A DNA stretch of 64,000 nucleotides, taken from the NCBI GenBank assembly GCA_000708835.1, contig DF237327.1, positions 25,695 to 89,694 of the forward strand, written 5' to 3'. Shown here in pieces: positions 22,148-35,260 of this stretch (within the stretch, counting starts at the first letter, position 1; the number at the start of each line of letters is the position of its first letter). The notes beneath the pieces are model-generated. The model saw only the letters and a list, made by a program, of their open reading frames with translations, did not search any database and was not told where the DNA came from. Position numbers and translations under genes: made by a program. Source of the stretch: Klebsormidium nitens. Its lineage: Eukaryota; Plantae; Klebsormidiophyceae.

Positions 22148-24704
22148 ATGGAGTACAAGTTTGATGACTTCCCAGGGCGGACGCTGCACATACTTCTCTT
22201 CGAGCAAGTCGCTAACAGCAAGTAAGTCGCTCTTACCTGTCATAACACCGCAGTTGATTGTTTTCCTTGGATATGCCAGCACTAACATTTTTTTGCAAGT
22301 TTTCCTGTTAGTAATCAATTCCAGGCGTCAAGACTGCTTCAAAGAGTGGTCAGAATCTATTGTCGACCGCACTACTTGTTTGTCAGTATAAAGCGAACGA
22401 AGGTTCTCTCTTTTTTGCAGATTCCTTTTGGAGTTGCTGCAAAGTGCGAAGCTGGTGCCAGAAGTCGCCCTGATGAACGCAGCTCTGGTAAGGTTGCATT
22501 CCCGCCAGTCCGTTCGTCGCAGAGACGTCTCTTCCTTGATTGGTCGTAGGGTCCGTGAATCAGACCGATCGGGGCAATACTTCGGATGGAGTTGAGTTTG
22601 TTGGACAGCTGTGATTGGTCATTTGACACTGATGTCCCGACTTTAGCAGGAGAGGTTGGCATTAAGTTCCGGTCCACTCCTATCATGCTCTGTGAGGGGG
22701 CTACCAGCTTCGTACCGTCATGATCATGGGAAAGGGCCCTAAACCCAGGCCAACCCAAGGTTGCTCAAGTCTGTGTTGTGAGGACCTCAAAGAAATCAAA
22801 TCACCAGGTCTTGACCAAGAGAGCCCGGGAAGACGAAGGGGCGCGTCTTGCTCCAAAACATGATCACCTTGAATTGTAAAAGGCGTAGCTAATCTTCTGG
22901 GGTGCGAAGTCCTTCGCACAGTTTCCCCCTTGAAGCATCTAGAATTCCCCCTCGAGGCACTAGAAGTAGTTTGGCTTTCTCTTGGTTTGCTGAGTGCACT
23001 CCGGTTTTAGGATTCAAACGGTTACCAAGCAATCTTACATCCGCTTTTTTGCGGATGCAGATTCCCGACGGTTTCCCCCTTTTAGCGGCGGCCCACTCCG
23101 CACTTCTCACACAGTCGCGGGGCCAGCTGCGGTCCAAAACTCTGCACTCGGAACTGGTGCTGAACTACGCAGGGTCCAAGCACGTGAGCACCTTCACAGC
23201 TTCTCTTTTAAAAACCATCTCTCAGCGTTCCGCGGTTGCATTCAGGCGCTCGTCCAAGAACGGTTGAACGATTTGCGCAATAGAGGGGCGTCCTTTGCCT
23301 GGGCGTCAAGTTGCCAGACACGGTGCTCGAGCCAGGGTATTGGTAAAGGCGTCAGCTTTGATGGCTTTCTCTCTGGTTTCTCAACCTTTGGAGACTCTCT
23401 CAATCGTAGCTGACGAAAAAGGTGTCGACAGCTAATGTGACGATTGGACTTTGTTGCATTGGGTGCAATGTTTGAATCGTGGTCTCAAGCGTAGCCGCAG
23501 CCAGGTCCCTCATACGCTCGCTGTTGTAGTGCTCTTTGATGGACCAGTTCCCAAACAATTTGACAGCTCGTTGTTTCATGGGCACCTCTGGTGAAAGGGC
23601 TCCAAACCATCTCCAAAACGTTTCAGAAACGCCATCACATCCAAAAGAGTCATATTCCTACTTGAAAAAACTGCGCTGGCCGGTTCCTTGACAGCCCGTC
23701 GACGAACATGGGCCACAAGTTGAGCGCGTTGTTTGGCGGGTAGTCCTTTGTGTGGTGGGTAGTCTTTTCGCCAGCTCACAAGCCGTGCAGCTGTGACTTT
23801 TTGATCTACTGCTTTCGAAAACCGGCCATGAAATCTCTTGCTGGCGCTTGTTCCCTGACAGATAACGGAGTCCTTTCGAAGGATCGGTGTCGGTAATGAC
23901 ACGGCGTATCTCCTCTTAGCGCGTTTCGACGCAACCCCTGACGAGGTAGGTCCGATAGGGCAGGTCGCGACGTACAACACTGCCCAGTATTCCTTCTGCA
24001 AGGTTGCACCTTCTACCTACTTTGTTTGCAAACGTTGAAGCTGAGCTTGATGCACTGTCGCTTTCGTACCGGAGAGTGTTGAACGTAGCCTGCGAATCAA
24101 GTTTGCTTGCAACTTGCGTACTATGAGTCTGCACGAGTCTTCCTCCTGGCTACGCGAAATGGTTTGAGGGTTAATGTAACTCTGCCATGCAATGACGGAA
24201 CCCATCAAAGCTCCTTGAAGCATGTTGTCGCTAGCTGAAATTTGCGGTCTCTGTCTTGGCACAGATGCATGCTGCGAGAGCTCTTGTCGATGGGACCGAG
24301 GTTGCGTTGACGGAGCTCGAAGCTCGAGCGGACCGGGATCTTATCCAAAAGGTGCGGTTGGTTCTATTCTGGACATGCTCGCAACGGCCCTCAAGAAGCG
24401 CTTGTTTCTGGACAGTTTGGTTTCAAGGGACCTTGTGCATCTGGACCGAATTTGCCTTTGTTTCGGCTGTGCTTTTCTTTTAAGGGCTGCTGTGACGATG
24501 AGCAGATGGCCACTGTGACCTGGACAGACATTTCTCCTTCAGTTGCCTTGCTCGTTGCCTTGCTCATTATTCAAACCATTGGCTTGTTTGTTGATGCAAT
24601 TCTTCTGCGCCTTTTCGCAGACGTTCAAGTTAACGGCACAAGAACTTCAGGTCTCGTCCTTAGCAGACGCCATTGTTTTCCGACAAGCGGTGTCTGCTTG
24701 TTGA
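22148..24704 (+). CDS. CGI121: KEOPS complex subunit CGI-121/TPRKB (172 aa)
   Basis: Exons 22148-22221, 22421-22487, 23061-23183, 23862-23945, 24265-24351, 24621-24704, phase-consistent. Motifs LLFEQVANSK, VALMNAAL-IPDGFPLLAAAHSAL, SKTLHSELVLNYAGSKHITESFRRIGV, and FKLTAQELQVSSLADAIVFRQA match plant CGI121. Confidence 0.93.
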
Positions 24705-26061
24705 GGAAGCACTGAGGGTTATGGAACCGAAAAGAATCAAATGACTGCACTGTTTAGCAGGTGCTATTACCAGCAGATCTGCATCCAATGTCGAAATAGG
24801 TTGGCGGCAGATTATCTTGCTATTAAGACGAATCTGGTAGTTCCTGCGGACATTCTTGGACGGAAAATCTGATAGAGTTGTGTTGGACGGTCGATTGGCC
24901 TGCGTGAAAGCTTTTCATCATGGCTTGGGAGGCTAGCCTAGTTCCGACGCAGGTCGTGAGCCTCGGAGTGCACGAGTATGATCGATTTTGCTCTGCTTTG
25001 GTCAGACAACCTACATCTAATATAAGGCTTAGGTAGTTCTCAGGCCACTGCGCATGCGCATTTTATCAGACCTAATGAATGATACGTGCCGGCGAGAATG
25101 CAGTGCGTGTGGATTCATTCGATAGCGTTCTTCTTAACATGTCACTGTTCTGCGCTCCAGGGCGGCTAGTAGCCATGCTCAAGACCCCGCGGTTCCATCC
25201 ATCCCGGATCGCCAATCCGGATATCAATTGCCGCGTCATATCAGTGCCCGGCTGCCGCGGCATATATGCACACTATAATTGATTGAAATTGCGTACATGG
25301 TCAATATCTACGATCATGCCCACTAACTCATGTGCACAGTTGACAATCAGTCATATATACATAGATTTGCTATAGCTGATCATCCAGGCGCGCGCTCAGC
25401 TGGGATCGACCCGGCCGTCGATCCACAGTACAATATTGACCACAGGCCGCAGCCTGCACATGCATGCATGATAATACTATAGCAATGCAGTACGTTCAAC
25501 CTAGCAAGCTAGCATGCATGTGTTACTTTATAATCAAGTGGACGCGCAAGCTCGAGCACCTCAACCCTCTTCACAGATACAAAAACCCGCGACATACCGA
25601 TTGACTCTGACGTGAATCAGGATCAGTGAACCATCAATCCTTGCTGCCATTTAGTGATCCACAACAGTAGTCATGATTGTGTTTTTGCTACTTTTTTGAA
25701 ATCGGTAACGAGGGTGACAAGTGGAAATATAAACGTCTTGGTTGATGAGCATGCCCATATTGTTGAATTGTAGACAGCTGCCCTCAATTGTCTTTGCAAG
25801 AACAAGCTAGAAAGGCACACATCCAGCTGCTTAGCTAGTCATGCAGCCCAAAAGTGCTTCACCTAACATATCAAAGTTCACAACCTGCACTTCGTGCTAA
25901 TCTTGGTTCTCCGCATACGTTGACAGCCCATTGGGTATGAGGCCGGCAGTGATCCTGCGTGCCTGCCAATGTGAGCGTGCCACACGTCTTGAACCCGGTG
26001 ATATCCCCCGAGTCTTACCCCAAACATGCGGCAACAGTCTTTCTTATCGCTACCCCACCTA

Positions 26062-29000
26062 TTACTTCTTCCCCAGGCACGCTGGGCACTTGTATTGCTT
26101 GATGTGCTCAGCCTTTGCAGGCGTGATCTTCACGCAGCGACCATGGTACCTGTATTATTGAACACAACAGTAAACAGTAAGGCGTCCAATCCTGACTGAC
26201 AGATTTTCGGACAATTCAAGCTTAGCGTTCAGTATCAGATGCTAGCACTGAACTATGCGCCATCATTGGCATAGCAGGGCCTCCTCCTACAGCATTACAA
26301 GCTCGCAATTACCTCCCCCAATAGCAAAAGCTTGCTCTAGCAAACTTCAAGAGAATCTAATTCAATGGATTCTCCTGGCAAGAGACTGCTCCTTCTTTTA
26401 TAAAGAGGGCACCTACAGCAGAACACCTCCCCGCAGAAGCAGGCACTGAAAGGACCACTCACCACTTCTCGCAGATGTCGCAACCTATCCAGAACTCGGA
26501 CTGCGAGTAGGGCCCGCCGCAGATCCCGCAGAACGTCTCGTCGTCCTCTTCCTCGTCGTCCGTCACTGTCTTTTGCTTCTTACTCTGGTGCTCTCCGCTC
26601 TTCTGCCGGGGGACACCAGAAAACCAGCAAACTGCGTTAGCTACCGGTGTTGCTGTGCTCATGAACTCTGGTGGCAAGTCTTTTTTGTTCTTGGAACGAT
26701 GCTGAATCTGTTTTGAAAGTACACCTGCTAGAAAAAGCTCTCACAGTTTGGGTGCAGGTATTGGCTTTGGACAAGCAGGTCACCGATGCAGGTGACCGGA
26801 AGGACGGTTGAGTGAAAAAACGGGGAACGAGGGTCTGGGGAGAGGACACTCGAGACAGAATCTAGCAGATGTCAAGAATCTGCACAGTTGATTGATTTCT
26901 GATAGATAGGATCTGGGCCCTTGCCACTAAAACGATCAGTCAGCCTGCTCCGCTTCCTATATTGAGACCACCTCTTGGACCATTGTTGAACCAGACCAAT
27001 ACTCAGGTCTTCTTCAGCCACAGGAATCCGATGCAATCCCCCAGTAGAGACAGGATCCCCCCAATGAGCTCACTGGACGGTCCACATCGCCCACTTCTGT
27101 CGCTTCTGGCGATTAAGCTCAAAGCTTCATTGCAAGCTTGCTTCAAAAAATACACCAACTCTGAAGACACCAGACACTAGCCCCTTAAGTGGAGTGATGG
27201 TCTGCTGTGACAAGGGCTAAACGATCTTGCACGCCTTACAGCAGGTACGCATCTAAGCCGCTCTTCACAGTGCCTGCCTCGAGTCCTCAAATGCCAGAGC
27301 TACCACAAATATATCCAGCCTTGGCCATTTCATTGCAGACCAGGCACACTGACTGTAGCAATTGGAGCCCCCTCTGACAGGCTGTCCCATTTGAAAGCGT
27401 CTGCCTTTAATCAGATCCACCTCTAGCAAACAACAGTTCATCAATTTTGGAGCGTTGTCTGCCAAGTGCATCCACAGTGTCGTGCCTAGGATGCTGAAAT
27501 CCAAGAGCCTTGTGAAAACTGCTGAGCGATACTTCCAAAGTACTGGCTCTCAGGCGCTCTGCTCTCCGTGCCAAAGCAGTGCCAAGTGCATCCCAAGGGG
27601 CTCTCCATCTTATTTGCTGCCAATGGCCATCTGATCAAGCATGTGTCTAAGAGCAATTGCACAGATTATGCTGAGGAAGTGCCTGCTGAGAACTTCCCCG
27701 ACCTACACTCTTTGAATTATTGGTAGACGTGCACTAATTTGCTGGGGGATGTGCAGACCTCATATTGCACCAAACATACTATGCAGCAGACCCAAGGAGT
27801 CCACTGCAAGACTGACTGATATTACCAGTTTGTGAATTGCCTCCATTTCTTTTGCTTGCAGTCAGAAGCATCGGTTTCAAAATCTGCACCAACAAGCAAC
27901 AGCATGTGAAATGGCGAGCAACCTGCTCACCTTCGTACTGTTCTTCGACTTGTTACTCTTTGCATCATGCTTGTCTCCCTTGGGCGCCTTCTTTCCGGTC
28001 ACAGTGTCAAACACAGTCGGGAGCTCGTTGATGAGGACAAAGAGCCGCTTCCTGCAACAGTGCTGCTCGTCAGTAAAGCACCAGGCAAGCACTTCACTTC
28101 AAACTGGCCAACAATTAAGCATCCAAAGTACAGACCGCAAGGCAAATTGTAATCAGATTGACCAGAAACGCTTTAAATTGGATCAGAGATTCTCATTGCT
28201 TTTTTGTATGGATTGCTACCAACAAACTGCAACGAGCCTGGATAAATGCATCCTTTGTGTCCGTTCAAGGTCAAAAGCACAACCTAGAAGGGCATAGCGA
28301 TCCTTGCAGGAAGAGCCAAACTCGTTCTGAAATAATAATCAGCAGGCGCCATCAAAACATGGCTGCCTAATGCGATCTCACCTTTCAAACTTATCGAACC
28401 GGGCCCCGTAGTAGAAGGCCACTGCCAGCAGCCACGCATCGCTGTGCACGGCCACCAGAGAAAGCCAGTCTTTTCGCTGCATGCCATCCCTTGCAAAGTT
28501 GATACCTAGCGCGGGCTCAGGCAGCTCTGGGGGGACTTCCTCAGCAGGAAGGTTGACTTCCCAGGAGCCGTCAGGGAAACCATACAAGCAGAGATTCTCC
28601 TTCTCTGGATCACATTGCCGATAGAACTGCTCTTCCTCTGCACACGGCGACAAGCAAAGATTAGCAGGCTCAGATGGCTGCATGCCTATTTGCTGCCACA
28701 CTTTGCAAGAATGCAGTGCGAGCAAATTTGTTATGAAAATGCTGCAACTTTAATTCAGCTGTATACACCGATTGTGAAATGGCAGCCAATCGGACTGATG
28801 TAAGGATGGAAGCAGCTTACTCATGATTAATGACTAATTCCACGGTCATTTCCAGTAGCAATCACCCAAGTGGAATCTCAGTTATAAAACCGATCAAGAT
28901 AAGTTGAATGTAGCATTTTCTGAAGCTGGATGATTGCATAATAATGAAAATACACAGCGTCCAAAGAAGTCCCGACAGCGGAAGATTTGCAAGTATTAGC

Positions 29001-29480
29001 ACATTGAGCTTGCCCCCGGGAAAGATATGCAGAATTGTCCTTGGCAGAAAATAGGAGATGCAAGAACAGAGCCTTGCTTGTGGTCTAGATATTGCCTAGC
29101 AAAAGCTCAAATCAAGACAACCTGCGCAAACCGGAGGTGGAGCAACATGGTGGTAAAGGTCAGAGAATCACAGGCCATGCTCAAAGGCAGAAGCAGAAGA
29201 AAGCAGAAAGACATATCAACAACTGCCAAGTGGTGCTCTTGACCATGATAAATTGGCTGCTGCAGGTCATCTTCCCGCATTCTTGCGTGGAGATACAGGC
29301 AACATCAAAGACCATTTTTACCACACACAACGAAAGCGGCGAAAAGGTGACGGGGAGGACTAGTGCTTAAAATTTACCTGACGTCAAGGCCTTCAGCATT
29401 CCAGCCCTCCGGCCCCGAAAGTCTTCAAAGACTTCCTCCACTGTTCTAGGATTCGATCCAGTGGTTGCACCCCCTTCCAT
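26062..29480 (-). CDS. Alfin-like PHD-finger protein (Alfin/PAL domain plus PHD, H3K4me3 reader family)
   Basis: Exons 29480-29378, 28637-28382, 28051-27931, 26602-26463, 26149-26062. Motifs [75 protein letters not shown], and PHD CGICGG...[35 protein letters not shown]. Confidence 0.96.
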
Positions 29481-31205
29481 GCTGGGCAAAAGGGGCCGCT
29501 CAATATTCACAGACGGCAGAAATCCCCCAAGAAGTCGCTCAGCACAAGCAACTTATTGCAGAAAGTCACGCTCGCAAAAGGACAATGTTAGCTTCAACGA
29601 CTCTATGAGAAACTCCTGCCGCGTAGGCTGGAAGGTAAACAAGATTCAAACTTATCGGCCTGATGCAGGTCCTAACGCACAGCTGGGGAAACTAGATTGT
29701 TGGATGCAGAAGAAAAAGACGCATGCGCCCTTCCTTGTATTCTGGCCTCCGCAACTCCTTTCTCTAAGAATGAAGGAGCAAGCAGATGGCGCAGAGCATT
29801 TCGAAGTTGCCCCCCTTCGGCTTTGCAGGGCCAAAGTTGCTTCGAATCAAGACGCAGTCCGTTCGACGAAACTTCGAAGTTTGAATTATGCGCAGCTGGC
29901 GACGCCCGGCCAGGCCCCGACTTGGGCTGACTCAGTCGGAGAAGACAGGCTCCCTCGTTCGACGCGAAGTGACTTCGAAAAATCCCGCCATGACTTCTGG
30001 ATTCGAAATCGAAGCTTCATGTGTGTTCCAAGAATTCCCCTTCCGCCTCGAACTAGCATGGCAAGCTGTGATTCCACCCGACGCTTCCTGAATCTTAGCT
30101 CTATGCGCCACCGCATACTACGGTGAGTCGTCGATGAAGATCTCATCCATGATCGGAGGGCATGGGCTCACCCAAATCTCAGGTTAAGATCGTCTCGATC
30201 CATCAAATAAATCAATAACGGCAAATGCCACATATATAATCTTGAATCCACAAATGACGAAACTGCCGTACTGAGCTGTGGACAAGGGCCTTCAGATGCA
30301 GCTGCAGGCAGCAGGGATTCAGAGTTTGAATGCCTCAAAGGCCTGAGCCTTGAGCATCCTACCTAATTACCGGCTCACGTTAAGCTCTGATCAGATAGGT
30401 TACAGCAATTTGGTAGAAGGGCATGCTGCTTCCAAAACTGTCATGAGGTCTTATGATCTAGTACAATCTTAACCCTTGGATTATGTCAGTCAGGATACCC
30501 CCGTGAATGCGACAACCCCATCTCAGTTGGACCGTAGGTTGCAGCCTTGATCGACATCACTGCCCCGCGCTCACCGCAATCCCAACGCACATCATTGGAC
30601 AATAACGTGAAGCTGGCCCTAAGTGTGCAGCCGCTGAGAATGATACTCCATCAATCACGAAATCATTCGATCTGTTTTGTAGCTGAGAATGCGCATTTGA
30701 AACCCTCTTACCTCAGTGATTAAACCGCACAACTCAAGGGTTGGTTAAGCGTTCGAAGTCTGAATCAAGAGCTCAATTCACATACGCAGCGGGGCTGTAG
30801 TACTACTATGATCAACATCTTCATCTACATATGCAATTGATTCCATCCCGCTCACGATTGCAAGTATATGCTTCAGGTTTGTCGGCCCAACATCAAGCAT
30901 CCTAAGCCACCACATGGTGAGTTACTTGCATCCATATGGGTCAAGAATCAAGATCAATGTACAGTCCTAGACTAACACAACAAACAGTTGTCCGGTTTGT
31001 TTTTCCTTGACTGCTCCAGGTCGCTTAGCAACAAAGGTCAAGATGGTCGAATCAAGTGCGCACATCACTGGGCTCCGGCTTCTCCTAACATGTGCTCAGT
31101 TCGTATCAAGGACGATGCCGAATAGTCAAATACCTTTCAGTACGCAGAGCAGCAAAGGAATATGCGTATGAATTCAAAAGCGAGCATTGAGAAAATCCTC
31201 CTTGC

Positions 31206-34149
31206 CTACTCCTTGGAACCTTGAACGCCCACCCATCGAGCATAGTCCACCCAACTGCAAGCGAACATGGCTGAGTTGCATACCTCCTCTTGTCAAGTAA
31301 CAAAACAGGACATTTGAATGCGCATAGATGTTTGCAACAAAACAAACAGTCTGGAACTGACAAGCCTTCAAATGTGAATACGAAAGTGGCGAGAGAAGAC
31401 TCACAGCAAGGATCCCAAGAATGTGTTTCCCGTTCTGACGACGAAGCTGGAGACCCCCAATGCTAGCTTGTGCTTGTGAAGGAAAGGCTCCAGCACCCGC
31501 TGCTCCACGACACCAGCCAGAAGTTGATACCTGCGAGCGGCCCGAGTTAGATTGAGCTAACAATGAGTCATTCCCGTGGAGAACTCGATAGGAAGGTGTA
31601 ACAACAGATTTCGGATGCGCCTTCTTGGTTGAAGATACTCTGTGAAAGCCAAAAAGGTGGATAAGGCTGGTTCCGTGTCAAACGAATGGATGCACATGCC
31701 CTTCAAAAGAAAGGAACTTTGGATTAATGCAACGGTGCAACTTCTCGACCATCTGCGATGCTGTGACTAACAAGGCAGATTCGTCTACTGGATCTTTCTC
31801 TTCTTTATTCTTTGGAACTACAAAGAATTGGGAAAAGCTTTTCCGTGCGCAAGAGGGTGCCTTTTCGGACTCACCGAATGTTGCTGGAGATGGCCATGTA
31901 TGCACCGTATGCGACACTGGTCGAGATGACTGGCAGGTCCTCATTCTCAGCAACATAGTCAGGATTCAGAGCCACCCGGATTTTGCTCAAGCTGTTGGTC
32001 GCGAGGGTCCCAATCTGCAACCAGATGGCGCGTGATGTTGCTTGACTGGTTGAGCTCAAAGTAATCCGTTACAGAAACGACTTCAAAACAGCATGTATGT
32101 TGAGACTTCGTCACGAAACTTTTACATTTGACTGAACCATGTTGAATCGTGTCAGAGAACAATCCGGGAGACAAGAGTAGTGGTGTGCTGGAGAGGAACG
32201 CAGGTTTGGTCATGAGGAGTGAGCTAACTCACCAAAGAGGCACCGGTTCCAACGCCAAATAGCTTTGCACCGTTTCTCTGCAGAAGTCAACATGAACCTG
32301 GTGGTCAAAAGCAGAAAATTGGTACTCCCAGGCAATTCCTTCGTTAAGCATTACGCACATGGTCAGCTTGTCACCATGATCTAGTTTCTCTCTAAGGCAT
32401 GTATCATTCAGAAAGATACAGCTTCGAACATCCTGTGGCTGCAAGCGAGTATCTCACAACAAACTTACTAGTATAGATCCGGCCCTCAAGAGTAGGCTGA
32501 AGTCTTGACCAGGCAAAGCCTTCTGCAAGAAGATGACAAGAAGACAATGGTCAAAAAAGCTCTGCATAGATTACCGTACTGGAGGCTCCTGATGTACTAG
32601 CAAGCAGCCTCACATTTAGACAAACAGCAACGATGGTTTTACCCCTTCACTGTGAACTATGAGAGACAGCTTTGCTTTCACTTGTCCTGTCTTGAGGCAA
32701 AAGATAACATTGATGTTCCTAACAAGCACTTGAAAGGGACCTGCCTGATCCATTTTATGCAAACAGAAGCGACACTCTACCTGGAATGCATTGTCGGGGC
32801 ACTTGAAGAAGAAGCGCATGATTGCATTGGATCCTAGCCCTGGCGCTGGCCGGAGTGCCACAGTTGGCGCAGGCAGCCAAACAAGCATGAAGTCAGCGAC
32901 CAGAGCCATCACCTGGTCAAGTTACAGAAGGGCAAACAGTTAAGCCAAAGGAGCGAGGACAACTGGAGAAGCTTTAGCCTCGTTTGTTGGCCAGGAACAA
33001 GGACGTTGAGATTGCCAAAAGTTCCCTTACTCAATGTAAACAACAAGAGTTCCGGTTTCTAAGACCTATGTCTCCAAGTTGAGGTGGTGAATTGTGTTGA
33101 TTACCACTTCTCGGTGCTGGCAAAATACTTATCAAACGGCAATTCGAGGGGCAAGCTACAAAGAAGGGTGAAGATCTGCTGATTAAACAGCACAGGTATG
33201 ACAACACTTGAGACACGATACATTTTCTGCAGAGAAGGCTTTAGACTTCCAAACATACATTCAGGAGGTTTAGTCCAGAACTTACCACATCCGCAATCAC
33301 AAAGTCCAGCTCCTTGTAGAAGTTCTCTCGCCGGCGTTCGTACTCTGCAGCAGTCTGGCATACAAGCAGAGTGCTGAGTTAGATTGCGCGCAACGCAATC
33401 AGGCATGCAGGTTATCGGACTGTCAATCAAAAGAAGCAAACTCTCATACAGATCTCTTCTGTTTCGCAGTGACTGCAAGTTGGAAGCTTTCCAATGTGGA
33501 CTCACTCGCTTACCTTCGTAAACATACCCACGCCACACTCAATGAGGACTTTTGTCAAGAACAGGTCATCAGCCAAAAGGCGCTCCCGGAATCCACTAAA
33601 CCTTGTGAAGAGTCCAATGACCGGCGTGCCTTCCAGATCTAGGAACTTCTCGACAAGGAATCCTGGAATTGCGCCCCTCTCAATCGCCTGTGCAAGATCT
33701 GACGGCAGACTTTCCAAGCTTCTACTGGCCTCCTTCAGAACTGCAAGCGCTTCTTCCACATTCTTCTTGCTCTTTCCGTCACCTTCACCGCCATAGCTAT
33801 TGTCTCCTCCACCCCCTCCGCCCCCAATTCCTGTCCCATCCACACCCCCTCCGCCCCCAGCTGTGACCAAGACATTCTCATCAATTGATGTCTGCGCATC
33901 TCCAAAGTTGCTGGCCATCAATCCGCGCACGAGCTTCTTGTGCATGATCTGACCCTGCTTGCTCAAATTCGTCAAATTCCACTGCGCAGCAATGACAGCC
34001 TTCCTTGAATGCCGCAGATTCAATTGTTTGTTCAGCACAGCTGGTGCTAGCATTCGGCCAGGATTGATACGCTCGATTTCATCTATGCTCTGCCCGAAGC
34101 TCAATTGAGGAAGTACACACACCCTCTGCAGATGCAGAGCGCCCGCCAT
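31206..34149 (-). CDS. RETICULATA-related plastid envelope protein (DUF3411, RER4-like)
   Basis: Exons 34149-33514, 33354-33286, 32912-32781, 32522-32469, 32277-32233, 32014-31875, 31530-31405, 31254-31206. A transit-like N-terminus and poly-Gly stretch precede LPSDLAQAIERG, FRERLLADDLFLTK, ADFMLVWLPAPT, CPDNAFQ, STSVAYGAYMAISSNIRYQ and GNTFLGSLLWVDYAR. The start codon is uncertain. Confidence 0.93.
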
Positions 34150-35260
34150 TGCTAGGAATGCCTCCCCGTCCTGCTCAGCTAGAGCTGTCTTGATTATGGC
34201 TTGATCAATTTGGAGGGATCCCTACTTCTCCAATACTCTGCAGAAATCCAGGTCGCCTTGGCAGCATCTCAATTCAACCTTGAACCTCCTGAGATCTGCG
34301 CTGCCAAATGCTGATCGTTCTTCCTTACTTCCAGCGTGAACTGGTCGCCATAGCCGACTTGCTAGCCCTGGCCAGCGGCTGAGCAAAGACTTGCTGTGCA
34401 GCTCCGAGCTGCACGAAAAGTTTCAGGTCTCCTGATTCAGTTGCTCTGGTCGCCACATTCAATCAGTTCCGCGGTACGTACCGTTCAGGCGGGCGTAACT
34501 GTATAGGACTTGAATGCAGCGCTAGAGCCTAGCGGTCACGTGTGGTCATGCGGCATGAAGAGTGCAGAAGGATTTGCATGGAACTTTGGAAGGCAGGGGG
34601 AACTTGCAGCTTGTTGAGTCCAGCCATCGCTGAGTAGCAGCTACATTGCGCCTCGCACGGTTGGAAGGACCTTACACGTACGCCAATCTTCAGATCATTG
34701 AGTTATAAGATAACCTCGATCCGGCAACGCGGCATGTGTCCGTTTTGAGGGTTTCATGTAAGTAAATCCACATGGTCATATTTTGAAATTGTCCCTGTCA
34801 ACTTCATGTCGGAATGGATGGATAAAGTTGTCGTCAGAGTAACTTCGGTTTCATGCTGAAATTCAAAGCCTTAAGACTGCATGAAAATCTGCTGCTCTCT
34901 CGCAGTCAACTCTTTTCATGTGACCACATCGGGCCAATTAGTCGATGCGATGATCGCTTTCATTCTCCAGAGAACAATGACCAGCAGGGAAGTAGAACCT
35001 CTCGGACTATGTTACTTGTTGCCGCCCCACTGCCTGAAAGGCGTGGTACATTGAAAGTTTCCGTTTCAAGTCCGTTCAAGCTCCCTTTCAGAAGCTTTGC
35101 GCTTCAAATCAACATACGGCGAGACTAAGATCGTCAATAATACAGATCGGCATCCCTGATGACCACCTAAAACCACCAATAACTTGCTCGACGATCTTGC
35201 AGCTACTTCATAAAATCACTTTACTGTGTACGTCAACCTAGACCTACTTGGCAACCTCCA

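Noticed and set aside
29461-30126. 221-aa plus-strand ORF upstream of the Alfin-like gene
   Set aside because: No motifs and composition unlike real exons here. It overlaps the Alfin-like start and presumed promoter or 5' UTR, so it is likely spurious.
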